Shown here: positions 25,271 through 38,832 of the stretch, in pieces
Position numbering within the stretch: position 1 is the stretch's first letter
Layout: each line of letters begins with the position of its first letter
Source of the DNA: Octopus sinensis
Taxonomy: Eukaryota
Assembly: GCF_006345805.1 (NCBI RefSeq)
Contig: NC_042998.1
Location: 166,284,001 to 166,348,000 of the forward strand
DNA: 64,000 bases
Direction of reading: 5' to 3'
The notes under the pieces: generated by a model
Databases searched by the model: none
Told to the model about the DNA's origin: nothing
The model's input: only the letters and a program-made list of their open reading frames with translations
Translations under genes and position numbers: made by a program

Positions 25271-25848
25271 CTTTGCAGGCTTCCAAGCGTCGCTGTTTCT
25301 GATTTTCATTGAGTTCATGTGAAACCCACTTATCCAAAATGTTCACATTACCGATTTGAACTAGGTAAGTCAATATTGTTTGCTTGCTAACACCAAACAA
25401 CAACGCTAATACACGGGCAATTTGAGATGGATCTGACTCCACGGTGGCTTTCAGTTCCTCATTATCCACCTTTGTTTCTGGTCGACTGCGTTGCTCATTT
25501 GTGAGGTCAAAGTTACCAGAACGAAATTTTGCAAACCAATTTGATACTGTCTGCTGTGTTATAACATTAGAATGAAATACTCTATTAATATTCCGAGTTG
25601 TCTGTGATGCTGTATTTCGAAGAAAGAACTCATATTTCAAAACTGTACGAATATCCGACTTATCCATCTCTAAACAAAAATAGCAAAAATCGATTTATAA
25701 CTACTTTACAAAGCGCAGAATGAGTTAGAATAAAGAAATAGATGTGTCAGCTTTCTAACAAAAATCAAAATATAGTAATGGCGCAAAATGAGCAGCTGTC
25801 AAAGTTTCCCATAAACATTACTACAAATTTCATACCTGACGACCTAAT
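25270..25848 (-). mobile_element. Mariner 5' half (Hsmar1/cecropia-like transposase N-terminus)
   Basis: MDKSDIRTVLKYEF..TTRNIN..WFAKFRSGNFDL..LDKWVSHELNENQKQRRLE (WVPHEL motif). Possible TIR near 25820-25848. Confidence 0.85.
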
Positions 25849-25865
25849 ATATATATATATATATA

Positions 25866-26275
25866 GACGCAAGAGTGGCTGTGTGGTTAGAAGCTTGCTT
25901 CCCAACCATATGGTTCTGGATTCAGTTCCACTGCGTGACACCTTGCGCAAGTATCTTCTACTATAGCCTCGGACAGATCAAAGCCTTGTGAGTGGATTTG
26001 GTAAACGGAAACTGAAAGGAGGCCATCATATACATATATGAGTGTGTGTGTTTATGTGCAAGTATGTGTGTGTCTTTGTGTCTGTATTTGTCCCCTCCCT
26101 ACCATCGCTTGACAACTGATGTAGGTGCGCATACGTCTCCGTAAATTAGTAGTTCGGCAAAAGAGACTGATGGAATAAGCACTAGACTGATAGAATAATT
26201 ACTATGGTCGATTTCTTCGGCTACATCCTTCAAAAGCTGTGCTCCAGCATGACTATAGTTCAATAACTGAAATAA
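25866..26275 (+). mobile_element. SINE family S1
   Basis: Head gagtggctgtgtggttag through tail gctgtgctccagcatgac. Confidence 0.8.
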
Positions 26276-27046
26276 ATGCTAAATACTAAAGCTATTAGGA
26301 GAGATTCAGGCGCCTCGGCATGCTATTTCTCTGGTTTTATACTTCTACAGCTTGTTTGTTACAACAGTAAGCTTAGGGTTATCTCCTAGTAATCTTTAAG
26401 GCGGAAAGAAGATTCTTTTGATGAATACTAGCTAACATTTAACTATATACAACCCGAGATTATTCCTAATGTTCAGAAAACATGTGCAATAGATGCACCA
26501 AACTGCAATATAGCAAATGTCAGCATTCGTTGAATAACAAACAAGCTGCACAGAGCCAAAAAATGTGTAGAGATTTCATCAAATGTGCATTTCCTTGTAA
26601 AAAGATAAATTAGATAACGTTCGTAAATGTCTTTCTCGATACATCTGTGTGTATGCGTGCATGTGTATGTGTATGTGTGAGCGTGTGCGTGTGCGCGTTT
26701 GTGTGTGTGTGTGTGCGGTGTGTCTGTGTGTGTGTCTGAATGTTTGTACGTATATTGTATATGTATATATACATATATACATGCATACATATACACCTAC
26801 ATAAATATATAGATGCATACAGGCATGCGTATAAACAAGCAAAGCAGAGGAAATTGACACAGAACTATCATAAATTCTACGAAATGTGCAGATAATACAT
26901 TAATGTTAAAAACGGTCACATGCATATAATATATTGTATATATATATATGTGTGTGTTTGTGTGTGTGTGTGTGCGTATGTGTGTATGTATATATGCGTG
27001 TGTATGTATATATGTGTGTGTATGTATATATGTGTGTGTATGTATG

Positions 27047-27095
<49 letters not shown>

Positions 27096-28282
27096 ATATC
27101 ATTAACCCCCCCCCCACCACACATATATATATACCATATATATATATATATATATTCATACATACATACATGCATACATATACGACTTAGATAAGCACAT
27201 AGATACGCAAGACAGAGGAAGTTGACACAGAACTGTTGTAAATTCTACAAAATGTGCAGATAATATACTAATGTTAAAACTGGTCACATGCAATTGATAT
27301 ATTTTTGTTATATATATATATATATATATATATTGAGAGAGAGAGAAGGGAGAGAGAGAGATGATAGATAGATTGGCAGATACAGATATATAGATATATA
27401 TATATATATGTATGTATGTATATATATATATATATGTGCATGTGTGTGTATACATAAATGTATATATTTATATTTATATGCATACATGCATACATACATA
27501 CATGCATACATACATACATACATACATGCATACATACATACATACATACATACATACATACATACATACACACACGTACACATACATACATACATACATA
27601 CACACACGTACACATTACCCACAGCGAGATTAATGATTAAATCTTCTGCACCAGTTTTGCAGTGTTCATTATTGCATCAAGCTTCACAATTGCAGTCTAT
27701 TGTGCAGCCTATTTCTTGCACCCTTGTCTACTGCTGCTGCAACACTTAGCAACTTCCAGCCCCATACGATATCCATCATTTTATTCTTATGCATATTACT
27801 GCTGTCATTTTCATTTTCCTTTTATTAACATTTCCACTATTTTGACGCACTTTCGTAGAAACTGCATCAGTTCCGTATACGTTGTTTGCTCTGCTTTGAT
27901 TGACCTAGCAGTTGTAGTTGAGATTTTTTTTTTTTTAATGTGTTGTTGTTTCTACTGAAGTTTTGGTAGTTATTACCTCAACTCCCACCACTACCACCAC
28001 CACTTCTGTCACAATCATCATCATCATCATCGTCGTTGTCGTCGTCGTCATTGTTGGTTTTATTGTCAGTTCTGTGACTTCCTGTTGCAATGGATTTTTT
28101 CATGTCATTGTTTAAATCGTGACGCAAGCAATAATGACGCAAGTATTTAACAATCACTGAAATACAATGAAAAACTTCGAAACATTGCCAGTGTGACATT
28201 TGTAGTAACGCACACTCGAACATGCGCGCACGTGTGTGAATTGTATGTTGAAGTATATATATATATATATATATATGTATAT

Positions 28283-28317
<35 letters not shown>

Positions 28318-28329
28318 ATATATATATAA

Positions 28330-29218
28330 TATACTTGATACTTTGATACTTTGATAGGTTTCGGCCATTATTGGCCCAGGCCATGTCTAACTTAATAGCA
28401 CCACCTGGTGAAGTCTTTCAAGTCAGAATTTGGGCACTATGGCCCACTCAAGTAGAGAGTTATTGTTTACAGAGACATATCCGGGTGTGTAGGGGGTTTA
28501 TCGGGATTCTTGAAGGAATCTGTCAAAGACTTCTTGAACCCTATAGGGTCAGTTTCTGTTTTAATGTGTTTTGGTGTAATGTTAAAGAGAGCGGGGCCAA
28601 TTGAGGTGAAATAATTGTGCCGTATTGTTGTTCTGAGATGAGAGTGCGATTTTTGTTTTGGGCGGATGGCACGGGGCCCAAGCCTTGGATGTACCTTAAA
28701 GGTGATGCCAACATCATTGGGGCAATGCTGATGGAATATTTTCCACATCATGCAGATGATGTAGCGCTCACGACGACGTTGGAGAGAATAGAGTTTTAGC
28801 TTTTCTAGTCGACCCCAATAGCGAGGCCTGTCATGCCATCTATCTTTTTTGTGATTGCCTTTGAGGTGCTTCAACTTTTATGATACCTTGTATGATTGTG
28901 GGGGGAGACCACAGTGGACAACAGTATTCAGGTGGGGTCGGGCAAAAGTGGAGAAGAGAAGGATGATGGTGTGGATATCTCTCGACTGGAAAGTTCTGAG
29001 AATCCAGGAACACATTCTGCGGGCCATGCAACTTTGGTGTTTATATGAGTGGCCCAGCTTACGTTTGTTGTCCACAATTACTCCCAAGTCTCTGATGTTG
29101 TTGGACGCCGCGAGAGTTTCACCTGAAGGAAGGGAGTATGGGAGTTCAGGGATCCTCTTTTCCAAAGTGGATTAGCTCAAATTTATCCTCGTTCAGCAGC
29201 ATATTGTTTTTTCTGCCC
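28330..29218 (-). mobile_element. CR1-like LINE, 5'-truncated, with 8-bp 3' tandem repeats
   Basis: IRDLGVIVDNK..WILRTFQSRD..PEYCCPLWSP..LKLYSLQRRRERY. The 3' end is (tatcaaag)n at 28332-28356. Confidence 0.88.
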
Positions 29219-29314
29219 ATATATGTGTATTATATATATATTATATATACTACACATATATATATATAGATATATATAGATATATATATAATATATATAT
29301 ATTATATATATATG

Positions 29315-29374
<60 letters not shown>

Positions 29375-29376
29375 AT

Positions 29377-29609
<233 letters not shown>

Positions 29610-29760
29610 TATATTTATATATATATATATATATGTATATGTAAAGGCGCAGGCGTAGCTGTATAGTAAGAACCTTGCTTCCCAACCACATGATTCCGGG
29701 TTCAGTCCGACTGCGTGGTACTTTGGGCAAGTGTCTTCCACCACACACACACCACCACAC

Positions 29761-29813
<53 letters not shown>

Positions 29814-29827
29814 TATATAACATATAA

Positions 29828-30190
29828 ACTAGCACTATGACACGGCGTTGTCGGGTCATAGTGCTAGTGCATGCATATACAGCTGCGTGCGCACATACAC
29901 GCGAGTACTGTCCAAATCTCCGACCAATCACATACAGCTAGCTGGCATTCAATTGGCGTATCGAGTTTCGGGCATTTTGATTGGGTTTTGGATAGAAAGT
30001 TCACAAAAAAGTAACGTCTATTGATTTTTTAATGGCTTTGCGGGGTGACTGGGGAAAATGTAAAGGATGTGCACGACCACACTTGGACGGTTTTGAATGA
30101 CCATAGAAAGTGCGAGTCCTCTAACTGAAAAATTGTGAATTTGTATAGAGGACACATTCACAGATATTTTGCCGTTTATATAGAGAGAGA
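29828..30190 (-). mobile_element. Non-autonomous Helitron
   Basis: Minus strand starts TCTCTCTATATAAAC and ends with a hairpin plus CTAG|T at 29828-29868. Confidence 0.7.
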
Positions 30191-30449
30191 TTATGAGTTA
30201 GAGTTTATGCAACCGTCTAAGGAATAAATGTATCCGTATGCATTACTGGTATATTACCTCACAATTTATAGGCCTTGTATAAAGTTAACAGGAGTTGCTA
30301 ATTTAAATGGCAAACCGTTGATTAATATATTCAGGTAAGAAAAGAAATGGAGCAACAATTAACAATTAGAAGTTGATCATCAGTATTAAACTATGAACTT
30401 TTAATAACACTGATCAACTTCTACTTGTTAATTGTTGCTCCATTTCTTT

Positions 30450-30452
<3 letters not shown>
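30190..30452 (-). mobile_element. Short foldback element with tail
   Basis: Arms 30338-30390 and 30400-30452 (agaaaagaaatggagcaacaattaacaa / ttgttaattgttgctccatttcttttct), ~145-nt unpaired tail, (TA)n on the right. Confidence 0.8.
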
Positions 30453-30489
<37 letters not shown>

Positions 30490-30962
30490 AACGTAAGGGG
30501 GATCAGCCATCTGAATGTGGCTAGGGACAGGGCGGGGTGGTGGGGGTGTTACTGATGCAATTAGCCCCAGGCGATCATCGACGTCACCAGAAGGACCGAC
30601 ACCATCTCGGTGTCCTTGCTAGCCTGTAAAGGGAGATCATCCTCCCCGAAGATACGGATACTACATACGGACCGGTTTCGAGGTAATTGCCTCTCATCAA
30701 CGTATGGTAAGCACCGTTCCTCGATGAAGGACTCTCTCTACAGGCTGCATATATAAGGATTTTCACAGTAACCACAGTCACTGATGTAGAAAAACCGTTC
30801 GAAAACAATAATAAATCTCTGAACGAGATAAAAACAGTAACTGCTCTATAACGTAAGGGGGATCAGCCATCTGAATGTGGCTAGGGACAGGGCGGGGTGG
30901 TGGGGGTGTTACTGATGCATTTAGCCCCAGGCGATCATCGACGTCACCAGAAGGACCGACAC
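30490..30962 (-). mobile_element. Retrozyme-like element, family R: 360-bp unit with 113-bp terminal direct repeat
   Basis: 30490-30602 equals 30850-30962 with one mismatch. A hammerhead motif lies inside. No meaningful ORF. Flanked by (TA)n on the left and a short atatat spacer on the right. Confidence 0.8.
30664..30706 (-). ncRNA. Minimal type I hammerhead ribozyme (UUGAUGA core)
   Basis: catacg-UUGAUGA-gagg(caatta)cctc-GAAA-ccgg-UC/cgtatg: 6-bp stem I, 4-bp stem II, palindromic stem III, GUC site cleaving between 30670 and 30669. Confidence 0.8.
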
Positions 30963-30968
30963 ATATAT

Positions 30969-31300
30969 AACAATTGCAGCGGGGAAGGTGTTTGTAAGCC
31001 ATTTAAGAAACACACAAAAGCCGTTCGATTCACTTCAACATTTAAGTTTAATTTGTCGAAATATTTTCGTCGCTTTAAGACCGCGACCTGTTCACTGCAG
31101 CACGGATTTTTGTCAGTGAACAGGTCGCGATCTTAAAGCGACGAAAATATTTTGACAAATTAAACTTAAATGTTGAAGTGAATCGAACGGCTTTTGTGTG
31201 TTTCTTAAATGGCTTACAAACACCTTCCCCGCTGCAATTGTTTTCGTTCCAGCACACGATCTCAGATCAAAACTTGTTATGCAAGTACATCTCCGTAATA
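30969..31300 (+). mobile_element. Foldback element with tail
   Basis: Arms 30969-31097 and 31114-31242 with few mismatches, 16-nt spacer, ~55-nt tail, then (TA)n. Confidence 0.92.
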
Positions 31301-31304
31301 TTAT

Positions 31305-31337
<33 letters not shown>

Positions 31338-31879
31338 ATATATATATATATATAGAGCAGGGCATCGCTGTATAGTAAGAACCTTGCTTCCCAACCACAT
31401 GATTCCGGGTTCAGTCCGACTGTGTGGTACCAAGGGCAAGTGTCTTCCACTATAGTGTTGAACCGATCAAAGCCTTGTGAGTGGATTTCGTGAACGGAAA
31501 CTGAAAATAAATTTATCTATAAGTCCTGGGGTCGATTTGTTCGACTAAAAACATTTCAAAGTGGTGAAGACTGAAAGTAGTAAAAGACTGAAGACTGAAA
31601 ATAGGAAAAGAATAGAAGTGAACAACTCTTCGCTTGGGAACAATCCCGAACAAACAGGTAGAAAGAGCTCTTCAAAGGATATCCAAGATATATTTAAGGC
31701 AAGGCAAACACTTTCCTCTACAGCTAACGACCTTTTATCTTCCATTTGAATAGAAATGTGAGGGCTGACAAAGGGTTGTTGCTCTCCAGTATATGTGTTG
31801 AAAAGTAGGTGAGTATAACGAGGTGACCCGAGTGAGTTGGCCGGCCACGGGTGAAGGTGGGGTGCTACATTGCTTTTAC

Positions 31880-32968
31880 TATTTACACAAGTTTATGTAA
31901 ATCCCCACAGTTCTTTGTGTTTGTATTGTCCTAAATGTGTACTGTGCTCAATAAGGCTACTTTTTGCAAGACATCAATCTTGCATGGGATTTTCAGTTGC
32001 CTTAAGAAGTTTTGAAGTTTCAATGGGATTTAGCCCAACTCTCCAATCACCACTAGTATCCCTTTTACCCTATCGTATTCCATACATTCTTGCCCTTTCC
32101 ACTTTCAATTCTTGGTGATTTTTTAACCTCTTTACTCATAACATTCATATCATTTGGTATGGCTACATCAATGATCTTACAGTATTTGTCTCTCTTATTC
32201 AATATGACAATATCCGACCGACTGTGTTCGATTACACGATCCGCCTGAAAATCATAATCCCAGAGCATCGTTACTTTTCCATCCTCCTGCATAACTTTAC
32301 TTGCTACATGCTCATACCAGTTCTCTGTAACCTCATATTTGCATTTATGGCATAAGAGACACTGAAGATACACACACACTTTATCGTGGCGGTGTTTGTA
32401 TTCTTTTTATGCAAGGCCCTCACTTCCACTTACCAAGTGGGTCACATTTTCCACACTCTTTCCACCAAGTCTGCATTTCTGGGTGTCAGAAGTTTTATAG
32501 ATGTTATACTTCACCGAATTGGTAGCGAGAGCCTGGTCTTGTGCAGCAATGAGCAGGTTTTCGGTGGTACGCTTCAAATCACCTCGCTCAAGCCATGCTC
32601 ACGAAACTGTATTATCCTTAACGTCTTGTGTATCCCTTTCAAACTATCCATGCATTCTCATTCCAAGAAGGTCTTCTTTTCTCTTCTCTTCAGCTCTTTG
32701 GTTAAACTCTTCTTTGCCCATCATTTCATCTGCATTTACACCCATATCTTTCGCAGAATATTGCAGCAGGTCTTCATCACTATTTATCAAATACTTGGCA
32801 AGCGTTCTCCTTTCACTCCTTATACAATGGTCTATACTAATTAGTCCTCAGCCACCATTCTTTCTTTTCATATACAGTCTGTTTACGTTTGCTTTTGGGT
32901 GTAGCGCTCCATGCAGCGTCATCAACTTTCTCGCCCTTCTATCCGATGTTGGTATTTCCTCCTTAGTC
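31880..32968 (-). mobile_element. R4/Dong-like non-LTR retrotransposon, 3' part
   Basis: HGALHPKANVNRLYMKRKNGG..AAQDQALATN..KCR..HLVSG..RHDKV..LWDYDFQADRVIEHSRSDIV..IDVAIP (CCHC knuckle plus restriction-like endonuclease). The 5' end abuts (ATT)n. Confidence 0.85.
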
Positions 32969-33031
<63 letters not shown>

Positions 33032-33049
33032 CATTATTATTATTATCAC

Positions 33050-33082
<33 letters not shown>

Positions 33083-33130
33083 TATCATCATCATCCTCCT
33101 CCTCCTCCTTATCATCATCATCATCATCAA

Positions 33131-33176
<46 letters not shown>

Positions 33177-33210
33177 GTTGTTGTTGTTGTTGTTGCTGTT
33201 GTTGTTGTTG

Positions 33211-35124
33211 TTCAACAATTGGTAGTTTCTAGCAAATTTCTACTACATCACCTGCTACACCCCCGTGTTGCTAGGGTATGTGCAGCATTGTGTGTGTTTT
33301 TTTTTCGTTGGGGGTGGATTGCAAACTCTTCCCGGTATTGCATTGCATCAGTTATGAGGTGTGTTGAAGTCTCTTATTGTAGTAGTGTTTGTATCGTGTG
33401 TAATGCGAGTTGCATTCTTCTGTTGGGCTCGACTTGTACAATACCGGGAAGAGTTTGCACTCCCCCAACAATGAAAAACATACATGCATTGCTGCACACA
33501 CCCTAACAACACGGAGGTGTAGCAGGTGATATGGTAGTTGTTTAATTTATTGGATATTTGCAATTTAGAATGTGTCATGTATTTGTGGCTTGTTCCGTTT
33601 GGGTTATATTGTTGAATTGATAGTGTCTTGCGTAGGATGTGGGTTGTTTCTAGCAGGGCTATTGCTTGGATAGTGTCTAGTATTGAGGGTCCAGGTATGA
33701 CTTCTACGTTTGTGTCCATATGTATTTTATCATGCCCAATACGCCAAGTATTACTGGTATTGTTTTCACCCTAAGTCCCACATCTTGGATACTTCAATTT
33801 CCAGGTCTTTGTAATATATAATTGCTCCACTTCTTTTGGGGCAATATTTTTGTCAGAAGTGACCGCAATGTCTATGAGTAAGCAGTTTTTTTTTTAACTC
33901 CTTGATTATTATGTCTGGGAGTTTAGCATTATTTCTTTGTCAGTTTGAAATGGCATATCCTAGATGATTGTGGCCTGGCCGTTGTCATATATCTTGTTTG
34001 GCACATGTTTATACCATTTCTTGTCAGTTTTTATGTTGTAGTGTTGGCATATTGTCCAGTGAATATAACTACTTATTCGGTCATGTATGTATATATATTC
34101 ACATTTGATACGGACTGGGCAGCCGGAGATGATGTGGTCAACTGCTTCATTGGGCTGCTCGCACATTCTGCAATTGGTGCTAGGGCTTGTTTCCATTATT
34201 TTGTTTTTATAGTTGTTTGTGGTCAGGCATTGCTCTTGTGCAACGAGAATTAGTCCTTCCGTTTCAGCTTTTAGTCCAGAGCTTTTTAGCCATTGTTGGC
34301 TCACTTCTCTGTCAAGCCTTGCAAGGTACTGGCCATGGAATGACTTTTCTCTCTATTTCTTCTTTAGTTAGTACGCTTTGTAGTTCTGTTTTTATGTTGC
34401 TTCTTTGTCTCTTTGACCATTCCTGCTATGTTGTCATTTAAGATCGGTGTATCAGTATAACTTGTTTCTTTTTTGTATTTTGTCGCCTCCATGCGTATAT
34501 AGAAAGCGTTTTCTTTTTCATGTGTTACTTTATTACATGTGGTAGTCTTCCACATTTTGTTTCTAAGCACTTTTCTAGTCCAACTGTTGTTATTATATAG
34601 TAGTTCTTTATGAGTGTCAGGCCACGGCCTCTTTTTGAACGGGGTAGATATATTCTGTCTCCGACTGTTGTAGGGTGGTGACTTCGGTATGTTGTTAATA
34701 GTTTTCTGGTTTTCTATCTACATTTCTAAATTCCTCTTCCAGTTTATTATGTTGAAGCTATAATCTATGACTGGTGTGGCTAGCGTGTTGATCCCTATTA
34801 TCTTATTTTTAGCATCGAGTTCAGTGTTTAGTATTAGTCAATCTCTTCTATAATACCTTCCTAATTATCTCTTTTATTGTTGTGTATTGTGTTATAGTTC
34901 TTTCGTCTATTCCTAGATATTTCTATGGGCAATTGTGCTCTAATTCTCCGATTTATGTGTCTATGTCGAGTGCAGTGTTTTCAGTATTGATTAAGTTGCC
35001 TCTTCTCAGTGCCACTTCGGCACATTTGTTCAGCCATATGCTCATCCCGATGTCCTTGCTCAAACTATGGACATTTTTTTTAAAGTTTTCTCTGCTCTGT
35101 GGCATTTTTAGTGAAAATTTTTAA

Positions 35125-35125
<1 letters not shown>
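33211..35125 (-). mobile_element. R4/Dong-like non-LTR retrotransposon, 5'-truncated
   Basis: RT tail DIGMSIWLNKCAEVALRRG..KYLGI, then WLKSSGLKAETEGLILVAQEQCL..CRMCEQPNEAVDHIISGC..HDRI..ALLETTHILRKTL. Both ends lie in (TAA)n-type arrays. Confidence 0.88.
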
Positions 35126-35167
<42 letters not shown>

Positions 35168-35387
35168 GGCGACGTGCTGGCAGAAATGTTAGCACGCTAG
35201 GCGAAATGCTTAGAGGTATTTCGTCTGTCTTCGTATTCTGAGTTCAAACTCCGCCGAGGTCGACTTTGCCTTTTATCCTTTTGGGAACGTCAAAATTAAG
35301 TACCAGTCGAGTACTGGGGTCGATATAATCGACTATCCCCCTCCCCCAAATTTCAGGCCTTGTGCCTGTAGTAGAAAAGATTATTAT

Positions 35388-35504
35388 TACTCCAGGTTCA
35401 GTCCCACTATGTGGCACCCTGGGCAAGTTTCTTCTACTATAGCGTCAGTCTAACCAAAGTCTTGTGAGTGGATTTGTTAGACAGAAACTGAAAGAAGCCC
35501 GTTG

Positions 35505-35556
<52 letters not shown>

Positions 35557-35815
35557 ATATATAATATATATATATATATATGCATGTATCTATGTGTGTG
35601 TGTCTTTGTGTCTGTGTTTGTCCCACGACCACTCCCAGCCAACCGGTGTTGGTGTTTTTACGTCCTCCGTAATCTAGTGGTTTGGCAAATGAGACTGATA
35701 GAATAAGTACTAGGCTTAATAAACAAGTCCTGCGGTCGATTTGTTCGACTAAAACCCTTCAAAGCAGTGCTCCAACCTGGCCGCAGTCAAATGACTGAAA
35801 CAAGTAAAAGAATGA
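35388..35815 (+). mobile_element. SINE family S1
   Basis: ccaggttcagtcccactatgtggcac... to ...gcagtcaaatgactgaaacaagtaaaag, with an internal (TA)n. Confidence 0.8.
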
Positions 35816-35989
35816 AAGAATTTATAACTGAGTATCTGCCTGTCTGTCTGTATGTCTGTCTGTCTGTATGTATTATGTATGTGTGTATTATGTATGTATT
35901 ATGTATGTATGTTGTATGTATGTATGTATGTATGTATGTAATGTATCACTAAAACTCGAAAACTACCCAACGGATTTCATTCAAATACC

Positions 35990-36400
35990 ATCACTCGAAT
36001 TAGAGATAAGTTTGAAGGCGATGGAAATATTCAGAATGTCCACGATTAACATTGCTGAAGACCACGAACATCGACAACCCCAACAAAGTGAGAAGGAGTG
36101 CTGGAAACGTATCACCAAAGTCCAAGAAAATCTGAGTGTCAAGCGAGTCGTGAGGTAGGTATTTCAAAATCGTCTGGCCAACGCATCTTGAATCGTTGTC
36201 AATGGAAAAGTTACGTTCCAAGATTTCTCCACGCTATTAATGACGATGATCCAGACCGAAGAGTGCTGTATTGTGAGTGGTACTTGGCATGATGGGTAGA
36301 AGATGTACACTTTCCAACAAAGATGGAGTGGAGTGATGAGGTTACATTTAAATTAAATGGCTCAATTAACCGCCGCAATAGCACCTCCTGGGGACCTGAG
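35990..36400 (+). pseudogene. IS630-Tc1-mariner (Tc3-like) transposase fragment
   Basis: [55 protein letters not shown]. Confidence 0.8.
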
Positions 36401-38311
36401 AATATATATCACTACACTTATAAAACGAGACATCAAACGTAGGATGATGCAATTGGCTTCATCATATTGACGATGAATCATGGGCATAATACAAAGAAAG
36501 AAAAGGCGGGTTCACAGTATCACTTGCTTATGTATAAATAGTTCGACTAGGTCAATAAGTTTATATGGTTATGACCGTTGGGTTGATAATTTCGGGCGTT
36601 TCTGTTAAATTGAACAATCAAAACAAATGAAAACGAAAAAAGGTAGGGCGAATCTGGGCTAGTGTTACGCAAACTAAGTAGGTGTCTATGTACTGTACTG
36701 TACTGAACTGAGTGGGGTGTGGCACTTGTTGTTTTGAAGGTTACAGTTTTATACAAATTAGCTGACATAAAAGAATGTGATATGAAATAATTAAGAGTTA
36801 TATTTTATTGTTAGCTCATAGCCAATTCATTGTTTTTAACACTGACTATTGCTTTATTTTTCATTTCTTTCCTTTATCTCCTGCCTATTTCAATCATTGG
36901 ACTGCAGCCATACTGGGGCATTGTGCAGAAGGGTTTTCGTCAAACAAATCAACACCAGTAGTTATAGATTTTCGTTTCTTTGATTTTTTAAAGTCTACTA
37001 CTTATTCTACTGATCCCTTTTGTCGATCTGCTTAGTCATAAGGAACGTAAGCAAATCAACATCGATTGTCAAGCGGGGAGAGCGTGAGAATCACAGATAC
37101 AAAGGGACACACTATTGCACACACATATATACCTGTATATGTATATCTATATCTATATCTATGTGTGTGTGTGTGTGGATGTATGTGTGTGTGTGTTGAT
37201 GTATGTATGTGTGTGTATGTATAGGCTTCCGTCTAGTTTCCGTCTATCAAATCCACTCACAAGGCTTTGGTAGACCCTTGTCTATAGTACGAAAGACTTG
37301 CACAAGGTGCCATGCGGTGTGACTGAATATAAAATTATGTGATTGTAAAGCGGATTTCTTAACCACAAAATCAACCATGATAAACATAATTCAACTTAGA
37401 TACTAGTAATTTCATACATTATCATTTGAACTTCCCAATAATATTTTACTGATCAGTTAACACGTTTTGGCACAAGCCAAAATGCAGGTAAAGCTAAGGA
37501 GCAAACAAAAGAAGAAAGGTTTCCCGCTGAAACTTCTTAAGAAAATCACAAAGAAGTATATCTATATATCCTTGTTGCAGTTCGGTTTTGGATTATTTCG
37601 ATGTGGAGCCCCTACCACAAAAGATTTAACACTAAAACATGTTTCATACAGTGGAGTTATTTCTGGAAAACAAATTAGGTTGAAAACAGGTGTAGAAAAC
37701 TATGAACTGGTTAGGTACAAACAATGACATATGACGATTATTATCAACGACCTATCATATTTTCCTTTTTATTGCTGAACAGTACTGCACCCAACTGAAT
37801 TCTGCACTCTTGACGCCCACCTAACTGACGCAATATCAGCTCTGATTAACCTTTTTTTTTATATTTGTTTTGATCGTTCATCGTTAGGGAAACGTCCGAC
37901 TATTCATAAATTGTCGGCTAGATTATAGTCATACAGAAAATCATCATAACAATATAGCATTGTGCTGACTTAAATTACCGTAAACCTGTCCAGTTGCACT
38001 ACTGTTGAAGTGAAAATGTGCGACATATTATAATACGACATTGACTTCGGAAGTTTGCATTGCATGATTTTCTCAAAAGCTAATAAAAAGTGAAGACACC
38101 CCTCATTCTCGTACAAGAGGAAACTAGAAATGATGAAATTATATACTTAAGCTTAAAGGATGTGCATCTTTTTCTTTTGCTCTAAGGTGTTTGGCAGGGA
38201 AAAAATTAACACCATCCCTAAAAGAAACATGTTCAAAAGACACGAAAAACATTGAAACAATTCCTTTCTCACTTGAGATGTCTTATTGGTAACAAAACTT
38301 GTAATTCGTTA

Positions 38312-38832
38312 CCGTAAATCCTCGAGTATCGTCTGCCCTTGAGTATAATACGCAGGGTATTTTTAGGGGGCTGTAACTCTGAAAAACCTAAACCTTGTGT
38401 ATAATACGCACTCCTTCTCTAACTTGAGTCAAAGAGGTCTATATAACGCCCTTTGTTTGTAAAAATGTATACGGTAACGTCCTTTATTATTATTGTATAT
38501 ATAACATAATGCAAACGTGTAGATTTTTTGTGCATTTTATTTGCAGAAAATAAAGAAATAACAGTAATAACAGTAATAAAGTTTAATAAATGTTGCTTAC
38601 TGCAAGTTATGGATGATTCTTTTATGACTTCATTGCTTTCAGGCTTAGCTTAAGGTATTTTCGCGCCCGACATCACAAAATGCGTCTGAATAAACATTGC
38701 CAGACAGCAAATAGAGACTCGGACATTGCTTAGAAAATAATTTTCATTTTTAACCTCGTATAAAGTACGCACTAGGGATTTTGACCTTTAAATTTTGGGG
38801 AAAAAGTGCGGATTATACATGAGGATTTACGG
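38312..38832. mobile_element. Tc2/pogo-like MITE
   Basis: TA|CCGTAAATCCTCGAGTAT ... ATACATGAGGATTTACGG|TA: TIRs with TA target duplication. Confidence 0.85.
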
